The translations under genes were made by a program, and so were the position numbers. From the human T2T-CHM13v2.0 reference genome, Homo sapiens, in NCBI RefSeq assembly GCF_009914755.1, contig NC_060929.1: DNA of 64,000 nt, one strand, 5' to 3'. Positions 42,491-54,075 of this stretch are shown here, piece after piece. Within the stretch, counting starts at the first letter, position 1. The number at the start of each line of letters is the position of its first letter. Below the pieces are notes generated by a model. It saw nothing but the letters and a program-made list of their open reading frames with translations. It was not told the DNA's origin and did not search any database.

Positions 42491-43525
42491 AATAAATATA
42501 GTTCAACATTTTTATGTGTCAGGCATTGTGCTAGGTGTACTTGTCACTATGTCTGTCTTATCCACTTGACTATGGGCTTCTAGTAAAGAAGAAGTTTGAC
42601 TGAATTGTTTTTGTGTCTCCAGTAGTGCTTTCTACCTAATATTTAATGACATTTGCATTTGTATAATGTGGTCCATCCGATTGAATAATTAGTACTCACG
42701 GAATGGTATACTTTTATCAACAACACTCAGATGTACCTACAATCGGTTATAACTCTTTTGGTAATAATATCAATAGCTAGAAATAAGTGAATACTTTCTA
42801 AGTTGCAGACTGTACCTTAGCTCTGATGTCCACAGAAATTTGGAAAAAGGTATGAGTAATCACGGCTTGTTTTCAATATATAAAAGTCAAATGTATTTTT
42901 GTTTCTTCTACTTTTAATTCACACACAATGCTTGTATATATTTATCGGGTACCATTTGATGTTTTGATGCATGTGCACATTGTGAAAGATCAAATTAAGG
43001 TAATTTGCAAATATATCACCTCAAACATGTATCTTTTTTTGTAGTGAAAACCCTAACAATTCTCTCTTCTAGCTATTTTGAAACATACAATATATTGTTT
43101 TTAATTATAGTCACCCTACTATGTGATAGAACACCAGAACTTATTCCTCTTGTCTAATTGTAACTTAAGAAATGTCTATTTAGGTCATTTGCCCATCTTT
43201 GAAATTTGATTATTTGTTTTGTTTTTGTGTTTTGCTATTGAATTGTTTGCATTCCTTATATATTCTGATTACTGATCCCTTGTCAGATGGATAGTTTAAA
43301 TATATTATTCCATTCTGTGAGATATCTCTTCACTCTGTCGATTGTTTTCTTTGCTGTTCAAAAGCTTTTCGGATTGATTTAGTCCCAATTGCCTATTTTT
43401 GCTTTAGTTTCCTGTGCTTTTGAGGTTCCATACAAAATATCTTTGCTAAGATCAATATCCTAAAGTATTTCCCCAAATGTTTTCTTCTAGCAGCTTTCTT
43501 CTTTCTAGTAATTTTAGGTCTTACA

Positions 43526-43957
43526 TTTCATGCACATCCGTGTGAAGAGACCACCAAACAGGCTTTGTTTGAGCAACATGGCTGTTTATTTCACCTGGGT
43601 GCAGGCGGGCTGAGTCCAAAAAGAGAGTCAGCGAAGGGAGATAGGGGTGGGGCCATTTTATAGGATTTGGGTTGGTAAAGGAAAATTACAGTAAAAGGGG
43701 GTTGTTCTCTGGTGGGCAGGGGTGGGGGTCACAAGGTGCTCAGTTGGGGAGCTTCTGAGCCAGGAGAACAATTCACAGGGTTAATCACTCAGTTAAGGTG
43801 GGGCAGGAACAAATCACAATGGTGGAATATCATCAGTTAAGGTGGGGCAGGACCTTTTCACTTCTTTTGTGATTCTTCAGTTACTTCAGGCCATCTGGGC
43901 GTATACGTGCAAGTCACAGGGAATGCGATGGCTTGGCTTGGGCTCAGAGGCCTGACA
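43526..43957 (-). promoter_or_regulatory. LTR7, 3' LTR of provirus 1
   Basis: TGTCAGGCCTCTGAGCCCAAGC...CATGAAA on the minus strand; AATAAA and TATAAAA present. Confidence 0.95.
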
Positions 43958-44614
43958 TTCCTGCCTTCTTATATTAATAAGAAAAATAAAACAAAATAGT
44001 GTTGAAGTGTTGGGGTGGTGAAAATTTTTGAGGGGTGGTAGGGAGAGAGAATGGGCGATGTTTCTCAGGGCTGCTTCAAGTGGGATTAGGGGCAGCGTGG
44101 GAACCTAGAGTGGGAGAGATTAAGCTGAAGGGAGGTCTTGTGGTAAAGGGTGATATTGTGGGGATGTAAGAAGAAACATTTGTCATATAGAATGATTGGT
44201 GATGGCCTGGATACGGTTTTGTATGAATTGAGAAACTAAATGGAATAACAGAAGGAGAAAAACAGGTATAAAAGGTCTAAGAATTGGGAGGACCTAGGAT
44301 ATCTGATTAGAGAGTGCCTAAGGAGATTCAGCAGAGTCCTGCCAGCAAAGATTATTTATTTACTTCAAGAGTTTAGAGTGGCAGTTTGGGGATAGCACCA
44401 GGAGATATCAGCTGTGATGTCTTGGAGAAACAGTGTAAACCGGCAGTGTAAAGAAAAGCAGGGCATGTATGAGTAGTTGAGAACGGTGAACAGGAGTATG
44501 ACTAACAGATGAGGATGAAATTTGGGCTTCACTGAAGTAATGGGGGCTGTCTGTGAAGCCTTGTGGCAGTGCAGCCCAGGTAATTTGTTGAGCCTAATGG
44601 GTGTCAGGGTCAGT

Positions 44615-45802
44615 CTAAGTGAAGGCAAAGAGAGGCTGGGATGAAGGGTGCAAAGCAATAGTAAAGAAAGCATGTCTGAGATCCAGAACAGAATAATGGG
44701 TAGTAGAGGGAGGTATTGAGGATAGGAGAGTATATGGGTTTGGCACCACGGGGTGGATAGGCAAAACAATTTGGTTGATAAGGCGCAGATCCTGAACTAA
44801 CTTGTAAGGCTTGTCTCGTTTTAGGACAGGAAAAATGGGGGAATTGTAAGGAGAGTTTATAGGGTTTAAAAGGCCATGCTGTAACAGGCGAATGATAACA
44901 GGCTTTAATCTTTTTAAAGCGTGCTGCGGAATGGGATACTGGCATTGAGTGCGGTAAGGGTGATTAGGTTTTAATGAGATGGTAAGGGGTGCATGATCGG
45001 TCGTCAAGGAGGGAGTAGAGATATCTTATACTTGTGGGTTAAGGTGGGGGTATACAAGAGGAGGACACAAAGGAGGCTTTGGATTGGGAAGAAGGGTGGC
45101 AATGAGATACAGCTGTAGTCCAGGAATAGTCAGGGAAGCAGATAATTTAGTTAAAGTGTCTCAGCCTAATAAGGGAACTGGGCAGATGGGGATAACTAAA
45201 AAGGAGTGCTTAAAAGAGTATTGTCTAAGTTGGCACCAGAGTTGGGGAGTTTTAAGAGGTTTAGAAGCCTGGCCGCCAATACCCACAACAGTTATGGAGG
45301 CAAGGGAAACAGGCCCTTGAAAAGAAGGTAATGTGGCGTGGGTAGCCTCCGTATTGATTAAGAAGGGGACGGGCTTACCTTCCACTGTGAGAGTTACCCA
45401 TAGCTCGGCATCCGTGATGGTCAAGGGTGCTTCTGAGGTGATCGGGCAGTGTCAGTCTTCAGCTGCTAAGCCAAGAAGATCTGGGAAGGAGTCAGTCAGA
45501 GAGCCTTTGGCCAGTGTTCCAGGGGCTCTGGGAGTGGCTTCCAGGTGAGTTGAACAGTCCGATTTTCAGTGGGGTCCCACAGAGATGGGACGTGGATTAG
45601 GAGGAATCCCGGGCTGCGGGCATTCCTTGGCCCAGTGGCCAGATTTCTGGCACACGAAGCAAGCTCCTATGGGAGGAGGTTCTGGAGGAACGCGTGGCCA
45701 CTGCAGTTCAGGCGTTTGGAAGTTCTTGTGTGCTGGAGATGTGGCTGGGGTTTGTCTCACAGTGGAGGCAAGGAATTGCAACTTTTTTCTATTATTGTAC
45801 AC
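44615..45802 (-). pseudogene. HERV-H gag(NC)-pro-pol remnants of provirus 1
   Basis: CFVCQKSGHWAKEC zinc knuckle; FLINTEATHATL degenerate protease site; RT N-terminus QYPIPQ...YKLVQDLR...YSVLDLRHAFF; frames broken. Confidence 0.9.
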
Positions 45803-46762
45803 CTTGAAGGCGAGGTTAATTAAATCCTGTTGTGGGGTTTGAGGGCCAGAATTTAATTTTTGGAGTTTTATTTAATGTCAGGAGCAGATTGGGTAATAAA
45901 ATGTATTTTGAGAATAAGACGGCCTTTTGACCTTTTAGGGTCTAAGACTGTAAAGTGTCTCAGGGTTGCTGCCAAATGAGCCATGAACTGGGCTGGATTT
46001 TTATATTTGATGAAACAGAGCCTAAACACTTCTGATTTGGGATAAAGAAAAAGGAGCATTAACCTTGACTATGCCTTTAGCTCCAGCCACCTTTTTAAGA
46101 GTAAATTGCTGGGCAGGTGGGGGAGGGCTAGTCAGGGAATGAAACTGTAAGCCGGACCAGGTGTGAGGAGGGGAGAGGTGGTAAAAAGATTATAGGGTGG
46201 AGGAGCAGAGGCTGAGGAAGAATTGGGACCTAGCTCGGCCTGGCGAGGAGCAGCCTGGGGAAGAAGGGAGAGGTCAGATGGGTCTGTAGAAAAGGAAGAT
46301 TAGAAAGACTCAGCGACGCTTGGGGTTGGTACTGAGGGGACAGGTGGGAGGGAAAGAAGGAAGATTAGGGACGAGTTGCACTGGGCACAGAGACTAGGAA
46401 GGGACTGATGTGTAAAAGAATGCCTGGACGTCAGGCACCTCAGACCGTTTGCCTATTTTACAACAAGAATTATTTAGATTTTGCAGGATGGAAAAATTCA
46501 AAGTGCCATTTTCTGGCTATTTGGAACTACTGTTGAGTTTGTATTGGGGTCAAGCAGCATTGCAGAAGAAAATAAGGCGTTTAAGTTTTAGGTCAGGTGT
46601 GAGTTGAAGAGGTTTTAAGTTTTTGAGAACACAGGCCAAGGGAGTAGAAGGAGGAATGGAGGGTGGAAGGTTGCCCATAGTGAAGGAAGCAAACCTAGAG
46701 AAAAGAGAGAGTAGAGAAATGGAGGGAAGTGGTTCAGGTGTTCTCACCTTCCAGAAAAGGGG

Positions 46763-47110
46763 TTGGGGCACAGAGATAGATCAGGGTGCAGAAATAAGGG
46801 ATTGGGGTGCAGAGATATAAGAGGTTGGGGCGTGGAAATAAGGGATTGGGGCACAGAGATAAGAGGTCAGGGTGCAGAAATAAGGGATTGGGGTGCAGAG
46901 ATAAGAGGTTGGGGTGTGGAAATAAGTGATTGGGGGGTTCTTGCCCCCTAGGAAAGCGGGACTTGCCACTAAGGGTGAAGGAGAAGGGGTTGAGGGGTAC
47001 TTGCCCCTGCCCCAGGAAAGCGGGACTTGCTGCTAAGGGTGAAGGAGAAGGGGTTGAGGGGTACTTGCCCCTGCCCCAGAAAAATGGGACTTGCTGCTAA
47101 GGGTGAAGGA
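46763..47110. repeat. HERV-H leader tandem repeats (~20-bp units, then ~64-bp units)
   Basis: Alternating ggggtgcagaaataagggatt / gagataagaggtt units at 46763-46937, then about 3 copies of ttgccc...gggacttgc...taagggtgaaggag. Confidence 0.85.
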
Positions 47111-47548
47111 CCAAGGCAGGTGTCCCTGCGTGGTCTGACACCTTTGAAACGTGGGTGAATAATCAGAGAGGTGTCCCTGAAATGATTAAACACCAAGGGA
47201 AGGCTGCCTTCCCAGTCCGTGACCGGTGCCAGAGTTTTGGGTCCACGGATAAAACGTGTCTCCTTTGTCTCTACCAAAAGAATTGAAAGGAATTGAAATT
47301 AAGAGAAGGGAGAGATAGAAATGTGGGGCCAAGATTGAAAGGAGAAAGAGGTTGAGGGATAGTGAGGGAGGTTGGAGAAGAGAGTAAAAAGAGGCTGCTT
47401 ACCGGATTTGAAATTGGTGAGATGTTTCTCAGGCTGGTTGTTCTGAGGACCTGAGGTCATTGGTGGATCTTTCTCATGGAGCAAAGAACAAGAGGACAGG
47501 GTATTGATCTCCCAAGGGAGGTCCCCCGATCCGAGTCATGTCTCCAAA

Positions 47549-47976
47549 TTTCATGCGCGTCCGTGTGAAGAGACCACCAAACAGGCTTTGTGTGAGCAAC
47601 ATGGCTGTTTATTTCACCTGGGTACAGGTGGGCTGAGTCCGAAAAGAGAGTCAGCAAAGGGAGTTAAGGGTGGGGCTGTTTTATAGGATTTGGGTAGGTA
47701 AAGGAAAATTACAGTCAAAGGGGGTTGTTCTCTGGTGGGCAGGGGCTGGGGCCACAAGGTGCTCACTTGGGGAGCTTCTGAGCCAGGAGAATGATTCACA
47801 GGGTTAATCAGTTAAGGTGGGGCAGGAACAAATCACAATGGTGGAATGTCATCAGTTAAGGCGGGGCAGGACCTTTTCACTTCTTTTGTGATTCTTCAGT
47901 TACGTCAGGCCATCTGGGCGTATACATGCAAGTCACAGGGGATGCGATGGCTTGGCTTGGGCTCAGAGACCTGACA
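47549..47976 (-). promoter_or_regulatory. LTR7, 5' LTR (promoter) of provirus 1
   Basis: Followed by the PBS; leader splice donor CCG|GTAAGC with GT at 47402-47401; about 25 substitutions and one 4-bp indel versus its 3' LTR (hand count). Confidence 0.95.
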
Positions 47977-48911
47977 TTATATTTAAGTTTTAATCCATTT
48001 TGAGTTAATTTTTGCATATGGTGAGAGATAGGGGTCTAGTTCCATGTCTGCATGTACATACTCAGTTTCCTCCACACTATTTATTGAAGTGATTGCCCTT
48101 TCCCCAACGTGTATTTTTGGCATCTATGTTGAAAATCAGTTGGTTGTAAGTCTGTGGATTTATTTCTAACTGTATTCTAGTCCCTTGGTGTATATGCCTG
48201 TTTTTATGCCACTACCATGCTATTTTGGTTATTACAGCTTTGTAGTACATTTTGAAGCCAGGTATGTGATCCCTCTAGCTTGGTTCTGTTTGCTTAAGAT
48301 TGATTTGGCTATTTGGGGTCTTTTGTGGTTCCATACACATTTTAGGATTTTTCTTTCTATTTCTATGAAGAATATCATGGATATTTTGATAGGTATTACA
48401 TTGAATCTCTAGATTGTTTTGGGTAGTATGGACACTTTAACAATTCCAATTCTTTAAATCAATGAACATGGGGGTATTTTTCTGTATCCTTCTATTTATT
48501 TGTGTCCTCTTCCATTTTTCATCAATGTTTTATAGTTTTTGTTGTAGATATTTTTCACCTTCTTGGTTAGGTTTATTCTTAGGAATCTTATTTTTTGTGC
48601 TATTGTACTGTAAATGAGATTTTTTTCTTGATTTTTAAAGATAGCTTAATAATGCCATCTAAAAATACTACTGATTATCGTAAGTTGATTTTGTGTCCTG
48701 CTACTTTACTAAATTTGTTTATTAATTATAACAGGTTTTGGTGGAGTCTTTAGGGCTTTCCGTCTCTAAGATCATGTTGTCTGCAAACAGGAACGTTTTG
48801 ACGTTTTTCTCTTCAATTTGGATGCCTTTTATCTCTTTCTCTTGTCTTGTTGCTCTGGCTAGGACTTCTGGTACTATGTTGAATAGAAATGATGAATGTG
48901 GGCATCCTTAT

Positions 48912-49343
48912 TTTCATGCGCATCTGTGTGAAGAGACCACCAAACAGGCTTTGTGTGAGCAATAAAGCTTTTAATCACCTGTGTGCAGGTGGGCTGAGTC
49001 CGAAAAGAGAGTCAGCAAAGGGAGATAGGGGTGAGGCCATTTTATAGGATTTGGGAAGGTAATGGAAAATTACAGTAAAAGGGGGTTGTTCTCTGGTGGG
49101 CAGGGGCGGGGGTCACAAGGTGCTCAGTGGGGGAGCTTCTGAGCCAGGAGAAGGAAATTCACAGGGTTAATCATTCAGTTAAGGTGGGGCAGGAACAAAT
49201 CACAATGGTGGAATGACATCAGTTAACACAGGGTAGGGCCTTTTCACTTCTTTTGTGATTCTTCAGTTACTTCAGGCCATCTGGGCATATACGTGCAAGT
49301 CACAGGGGATGCGATGTCTTGGATTGGGCTCAGAGGCCTGACA
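48912..49343 (-). promoter_or_regulatory. LTR7, 3' LTR of provirus 2 (ATTAAA-type R region)
   Basis: R reads GTGATTAAAAGCTTTATTGCTC on the minus strand, unlike the other three LTRs (GAAATAAACAGCCATGTTGCTC). Confidence 0.95.
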
Positions 49344-49949
49344 TTCCTGCCTTCTTATATTAATAAGAAAAATAAAACAAAATAGTGTTGAAGTGTTGGG
49401 GTGGTGAAAATTTTTGAGGGGTGGTAGGGAGAGAGAATGGGCGATGTTTCTCAGGGCTGCTTCAAGTGGGATTAGGGGCAGCGTGAGAACCTAGAGTGGG
49501 AGAGATTAAGCTGAAGGGAGGTCTTGTGGTAAGGGGTGATATTGTGGGGATGTTAGAAGAAACATTTGTCATATAGAATGATTGGTGATGGCCTGGATAC
49601 GGTTTTGTATGAATTGAGAAACTAAATGGAATAACAGAAGGAGAAAAACAGGTATAAAAGGTCTAAGAATTGGGAGGACCTAGGATATCTGATTAGAGAG
49701 TGCCTAAGGAGATTCAGCAGAGTCCTGCCAGCAAAGATTATTTATTTACTTCAAGAGTTAAGAGTGGCAGTTTGGGGATAGCACCAGGAGATATCAGCTG
49801 TGATGGCTTGGAGAAACAGTGTAAACCGGCAGTGTAAAGAAGAGCAGGGCATGTATGAGTAGTTGAGAATGGTAATAGGAGTATGACTAGACAGAAAATA
49901 GTAGGGATGACAAGTTTTTTTTGGGAGGGGGGCACAGTCTAAGTTGGTC

Positions 49950-52130
49950 TGGTGTCTGGAATGAGACTGGGGCCTAATAAAAAGGAGCGTCTATACAGGA
50001 GCTTAAATGGGCTGTACCCTGTAGCATTCTGACAGGCCTGAATTCTGAGAAGGGAAAGTGGTAGAAGTATTGTCCAGTCCTTTTTAAGTTGGTGGCTGAG
50101 CTTGGTGAGGCGTGTTTTTAAAAGACCTTTAGTCCATTCTACTTTTCTTGAAGATGGAGGACCTTAAGGGATATAAAGGTTTCACTGAATACTAAGAGCC
50201 TGAAAAACTGCTTGGCTGATTTGACTAATAAAGGCTCATCTGTTATCAGACTGTATTGAGGTGGGAAGGCTAAACTGAGGAATTATGTCTGACAGAAGGG
50301 AATAAATGACTGCCGTGGCCTTCTCAGACCCTGTACGAAAGGCCTTTACTTATTCAGTGGAAGTGTCTATTTAGACTAAGGGGTATTTTAGTTTCCTGAC
50401 TTGGGCATGTTGAGTAAAGCTAATTTGCCAGTCCTGGGTGGGGGCAAATCCTCGAGCTTGATGTGTAGGGAAGGGAGGGGGCCTGAATAATCCCTGAGGA
50501 GTAGTAGAATAGCAGATGGAACACTGAGAAGTTATTTCCTTGAGGGTAGATTTCCACGATGGAAAAGAAATGAGAGGTTCTAAGAGGCAGGCTAGTGGCT
50601 TGTACTATAGCATAACCTGCCTTTGCTGGTGTGTGGCGATTAGGCCTGGTGGAACCGCCATCAATAAATCAAGCATGATCAGGGTGAGGAAGAGGAAAGA
50701 AGGAAATTTGGGGAAATGGGGTGAATGTCAGGTGGATCAGAGAGATACAGTCATGGGGGTCAGGTGTGGTATCAGGAATAATGTGGGAGGCCGGATTGAA
50801 GTCTGGGCCAGGAACAATGATAATTGTGGGAGACTCAGAAAAGAGTGAGTATAGCTGAAGGAGCCGGGAAGCAGAAAGTATATGCGTCAGGTATGAAGAA
50901 GAAAATAGATTTTGGAAGTTATGAGAACTGTACAGTGAGTTGAGCATAGTTGGGGATTTTGAGGGCCTCTAAAAGTATTAAAGCAGCAGCAGCCGCTGCA
51001 CGCAGACATGAGGGCTAGGCTAAAACAGTAAGGTCAAGTTGTTTGCACAGAAAGGCTACAGGGTGCGGTCCTGGCTCTTGTGTAAGAATTCTGACCACAC
51101 TAACTATGCCTAGGAAGGAAAGGAGTTGTTGTTTTGTAAGGGATTGAGGTTTGGGAGATTAATCGGACATGATCAGCAGGGAAAGCACGTATGTTTTTAT
51201 GAGAATTATGCCGAGATAGGTAACAGGTGAGGATAAAATTTGGGCTTGACTGAAGTAATGGGGGCTGTCTGTGAAGCCTTGCGGCAGTACAGCCTAGGTA
51301 ATTTGCTGAGCCTAATGGGTCTCAGGGTCAGTCTAAGTGAAAGCAAAGAGAGGCTGGGATGAGGGGTGCAGGGGAATAGTGAAAAAATCATCTTTAAGAT
51401 CAAGCATGGAATAGTGAGTTGTGGAGGAAGGTATTGAGGACAAAAGAGTGTACGGGTTGGGCACCACGGGGTGGAGAGGCAAAACAATTTGGTTGATAAG
51501 GTGCAGATCCTGAACTAACTTGTAAGGCTTGTCTGGTTTTAGGACAGGTAAAATGGGGGAATTGTAAGGAGAGTTTATAGGGTTTAAAAGGCCATGCTGT
51601 AGCAGGCAAGTGATAACAGACTTTAATCTTTTTAAAGCGTGCTGGGGGATGGGATATTGGCATTGAGTGAGGTAAGGGTGATTAGGTATTAATGAGATGG
51701 TAAGGGGTGCATGATCGGTCGCCAAGGAGGGAGTAGAGGTATCTTATACTTGTGGGTTAAGGTGGGGGGATAGAAGAGGAGGACGCAAAGGAGACTGGAT
51801 TGGGAAGAAGGGCAGCAATGAGATACAGCTGTAGTCCAGGAATAGTCAGGGAAGCAGATAATTTAGTTAAAGTGTCTCAGACTAATAAGGGAACTGGGCA
51901 GATGGGGATAACTAAAAAGGAGTGCTTAAAAGATTATTGTCTAAGTTGGCACCAGAGTTGGGGAGTTTTAAGAGGTTTAGAAGCCTGGCCATCAATACCC
52001 ACAACAGTTATGGAGGCAAGGGAAACAGGCCCTTGAAAAGAAGGTAATGTGGAGTGGGTAGCCTCCATATTAAGAAGGGGATGGGCTTACCTTCCACTGT
52101 GAGAGTTACCTGAAGCTCGGTGTCCTTGAT
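49950..52130 (-). pseudogene. HERV-H pro-pol remnants of provirus 2 (protease, RT N-terminus, connection/RNase H region)
   Basis: ORF 51333-51725 (YKLVQDLHLIN...YSMLDLKDDFFTIPL) and 50669-50947 (PHDCISLIH); keeps ~1.3 kb absent from provirus 1. Confidence 0.85.
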
Positions 52131-52321
52131 GGTGTAGGGTGCTTCCGAGGCAATCGGGCAGTGTCAGTCTTCAGCTGCTAAGCCAAGAAGATCTGGGAAG
52201 GAATCAGAGAGCCTTGGGCTAGAGCTTTAGGGGCTCTAGGAATGGCTGCCAGGTGAGCTGGGCAGTCTGATTTCCAGTGGGTCCCTGCACAGATGGGACA
52301 TGGCTTGGGAGGAATCCCAGG

Positions 52322-53176
52322 CTACGGGCATTCCTTGGCCCAGTGGCCAGATTTCTGGCACTTGAAGCAAGATCCTGTTGGAGGAAGTCTTGTAGGAATG
52401 CTTGACTGCTGCGGCTTAGGCATTTTGAAGTTCTCATATGCAGGAGGTGTGGCTGGGTTTTGTCTCACAGCAGAGGCAAGTAATTGTAACTCAGAAACGC
52501 GTTGCCGTCTGGCTGCTTCCTCTCTATTATTGTACACCTTGAAGGTGAGGTTGATTAATTCCTGTTGTGGGGTTTGAGGGCCAGATTCTAGTTTTTGAAG
52601 TTTTTTCCTAATGTCAGGAGTGGATTGGGTGATAAAATGCATGTTAAGAATAAGGCGGCCTTCTGGCCCCTCTGGGTCTAGGGAGGTAAAGCGTCTAAGG
52701 GTTGCCGCTAAGCGGGCCATGAACCGGGCTGGGTTTTCATCTTTACCTTGGGTAGTTTCTTTAAGTTTGTCACAATTAACACCTTTGTAAGCTGCTTTTT
52801 TAAGCCCTACGACTAGGCAGGAAAACATGTAATATCGCCTAGCTATACCTGGGGAATTTGCCTGGTAGTTCCATTGGGGATCCTCTCGGGGAACTGCTCT
52901 AATGCCTTCCTGGAGGTCTGGCTCATGAAGCCAGCAGTTATCAGCATGAGATTGGGCCAGAGAAAAAATTCTTTCCCGTGCATCTGAGGAGAGGGTAGAC
53001 GTCAGGATGACATTTAAGTCACTCCAGGTTAAGTTGTAGGACAGAGTTAGATATTGGAATTCCTGTATATATTTAGTGGGGTCTGATGAGAAAGAGCCTA
53101 AACATTGACTGATCTGAGAGAGGTCTGATAGAGAAAAAGGTACATGTGCCCTGACTGTGCCTTCAGCTCCAGCCAC
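52322..53176 (-). CDS. gag: Uninterrupted HERV-H Gag frame (capsid plus NC zinc knuckle); expression unknown
   Basis: 284 codons with HVPFSLSDL, the MHR-like TQGKDENPARFMARL and CFKCQKSGHWAKEC. The track start is GTG; the first in-frame ATG is at 52828. The frame is stop-free back to 53392. Confidence 0.6.
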   Translation of the reverse strand: MAGAEGTVRAHVPFSLSDLSQISQCLGSFSSDPTKYIQEFQYLTLSYNLTWSDLNVILTSTLSSDARERIFSLAQSHADNCWLHEPDLQEGIRAVPREDPQWNYQANSPGIARRYYMFSCLVVGLKKAAYKGVNCDKLKETTQGKDENPARFMARLAATLRRFTSLDPEGPEGRLILNMHFITQSTPDIRKKLQKLESGPQTPQQELINLTFKVYNNREEAARRQRVSELQLLASAVRQNPATPPAYENFKMPKPQQSSIPTRLPPTGSCFKCQKSGHWAKECP

Positions 53177-53311
53177 CTCTCTAAGAGGAAATTGTTGGGC
53201 AGGTGGGGAAGAGCTAGTCGCGGAACTAAACTGTAAGCCAGACCGGGTGTGAGGAGGGGAGGTGGTAGAAGGATTATAAGGTGAAGGAGCAGAGGCTGAG
53301 GAAGAATTGGG

Positions 53312-54072
53312 GGTGGAGAAAACAACATTTTTGTTGAGATTTAGTTTATTTGAATACTTGGGATAGCCAGGAGTTAAGGAGATACCTTTTAGTCATACAC
53401 ATCCACATGTCAAAGCCATCACATTGCAGCTATGGGTATACATTTGGGTGCCATGCACTTAATGATGAAAGTTTAGATGGGAAGATGTTGGGCATTATGA
53501 AAGAGAGAGAAAAGCAAGGGAAAGAGTAAAGGCCAAAGAGAGTATCAGGTGGTCAGAATGTCAAATTTTGCAGATAAGTGGGCAGCAAAGTATTTTTCGT
53601 GCTTGGGTGATCACTGGCAACATTAAGGAGAACTTTTAGTCTAATGCTGGGAGTAGGGTCTAGAAATAAAAGTCCCAAGTGAGGCAAAAATAATGAAAGA
53701 GAGAGAGAGACAGAGCTCTCCATCTGGTATGGTTTATTTTGTGACTTGAACTGTGATGTGCTGTTAGGGTGGCCAGATTGAGTTAAGCTGATCAACCATC
53801 CCAGTTTGCTCAGGACAGTCCCGTTTTAGCACGAAAAATCTGCATCCCAGGAATCTCCCTAGTTCTGGGCAAGCTGGGATGGTTTGTCACCCTACAATTC
53901 TTAGGGCAACATACGGCACTTAGTAGGTTTTCAGTAAGTATTTGTTCAGTGAATGAAAAAAAAAAAAACAGAGACAGATCAACATCTCTGGGGCTAAGTT
54001 CCTTAAGTTTGTAAAATGAGGTTAGAAATATCTGTAGTAGCCAGCACATGAGGTTATTTTGACAACCAGATG
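53312..54072. other. Non-viral host-genome segment inside provirus 2
   Basis: No similarity to the provirus 1 leader. Contains L2-like text (~53330-53700), MER94, an L2 3' end plus poly-A (~53900-53968) and a MIR-like core (~53985-54030). Confidence 0.88.
53765..53894. mobile_element. MER94 (hAT-Blackjack MITE)
   Basis: TIRs TAGGGTGGCCA / TGTCACCCTA, palindromic body aaccatcccagtttgctcagga...tctgggcaagctgggatggtt, 130 bp. Confidence 0.8.
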
Positions 54073-54075
54073 TTT

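Larger units (their letters stand above)
43526..47976 (-). mobile_element. HERV-H provirus 1 (deleted type, ~4.45 kb)
   Basis: LTR7 at both ends; TSD TTACA/TTATA; degenerate His PBS TGGAGACATGACTCGGAT (47529-47546); polypurine tract next to the 3' LTR; gag, pro and RT remnants. Confidence 0.97.

Noticed and set aside
46763-47110. CRISPR-like or novel repeat array
   Set aside because: No unique spacers; these are tandem repeats of the HERV-H leader in a eukaryotic genome.
53296-53330. Idea that the host insert is a spliced exon joined to a HERV-H acceptor
   Set aside because: The junction (ttctccacc|cccaatt) falls 2 nt inside the CTAG|GTCCC site seen in provirus 1, and the other junction is in the PBS rather than at a donor, so it is not a canonical splice product.
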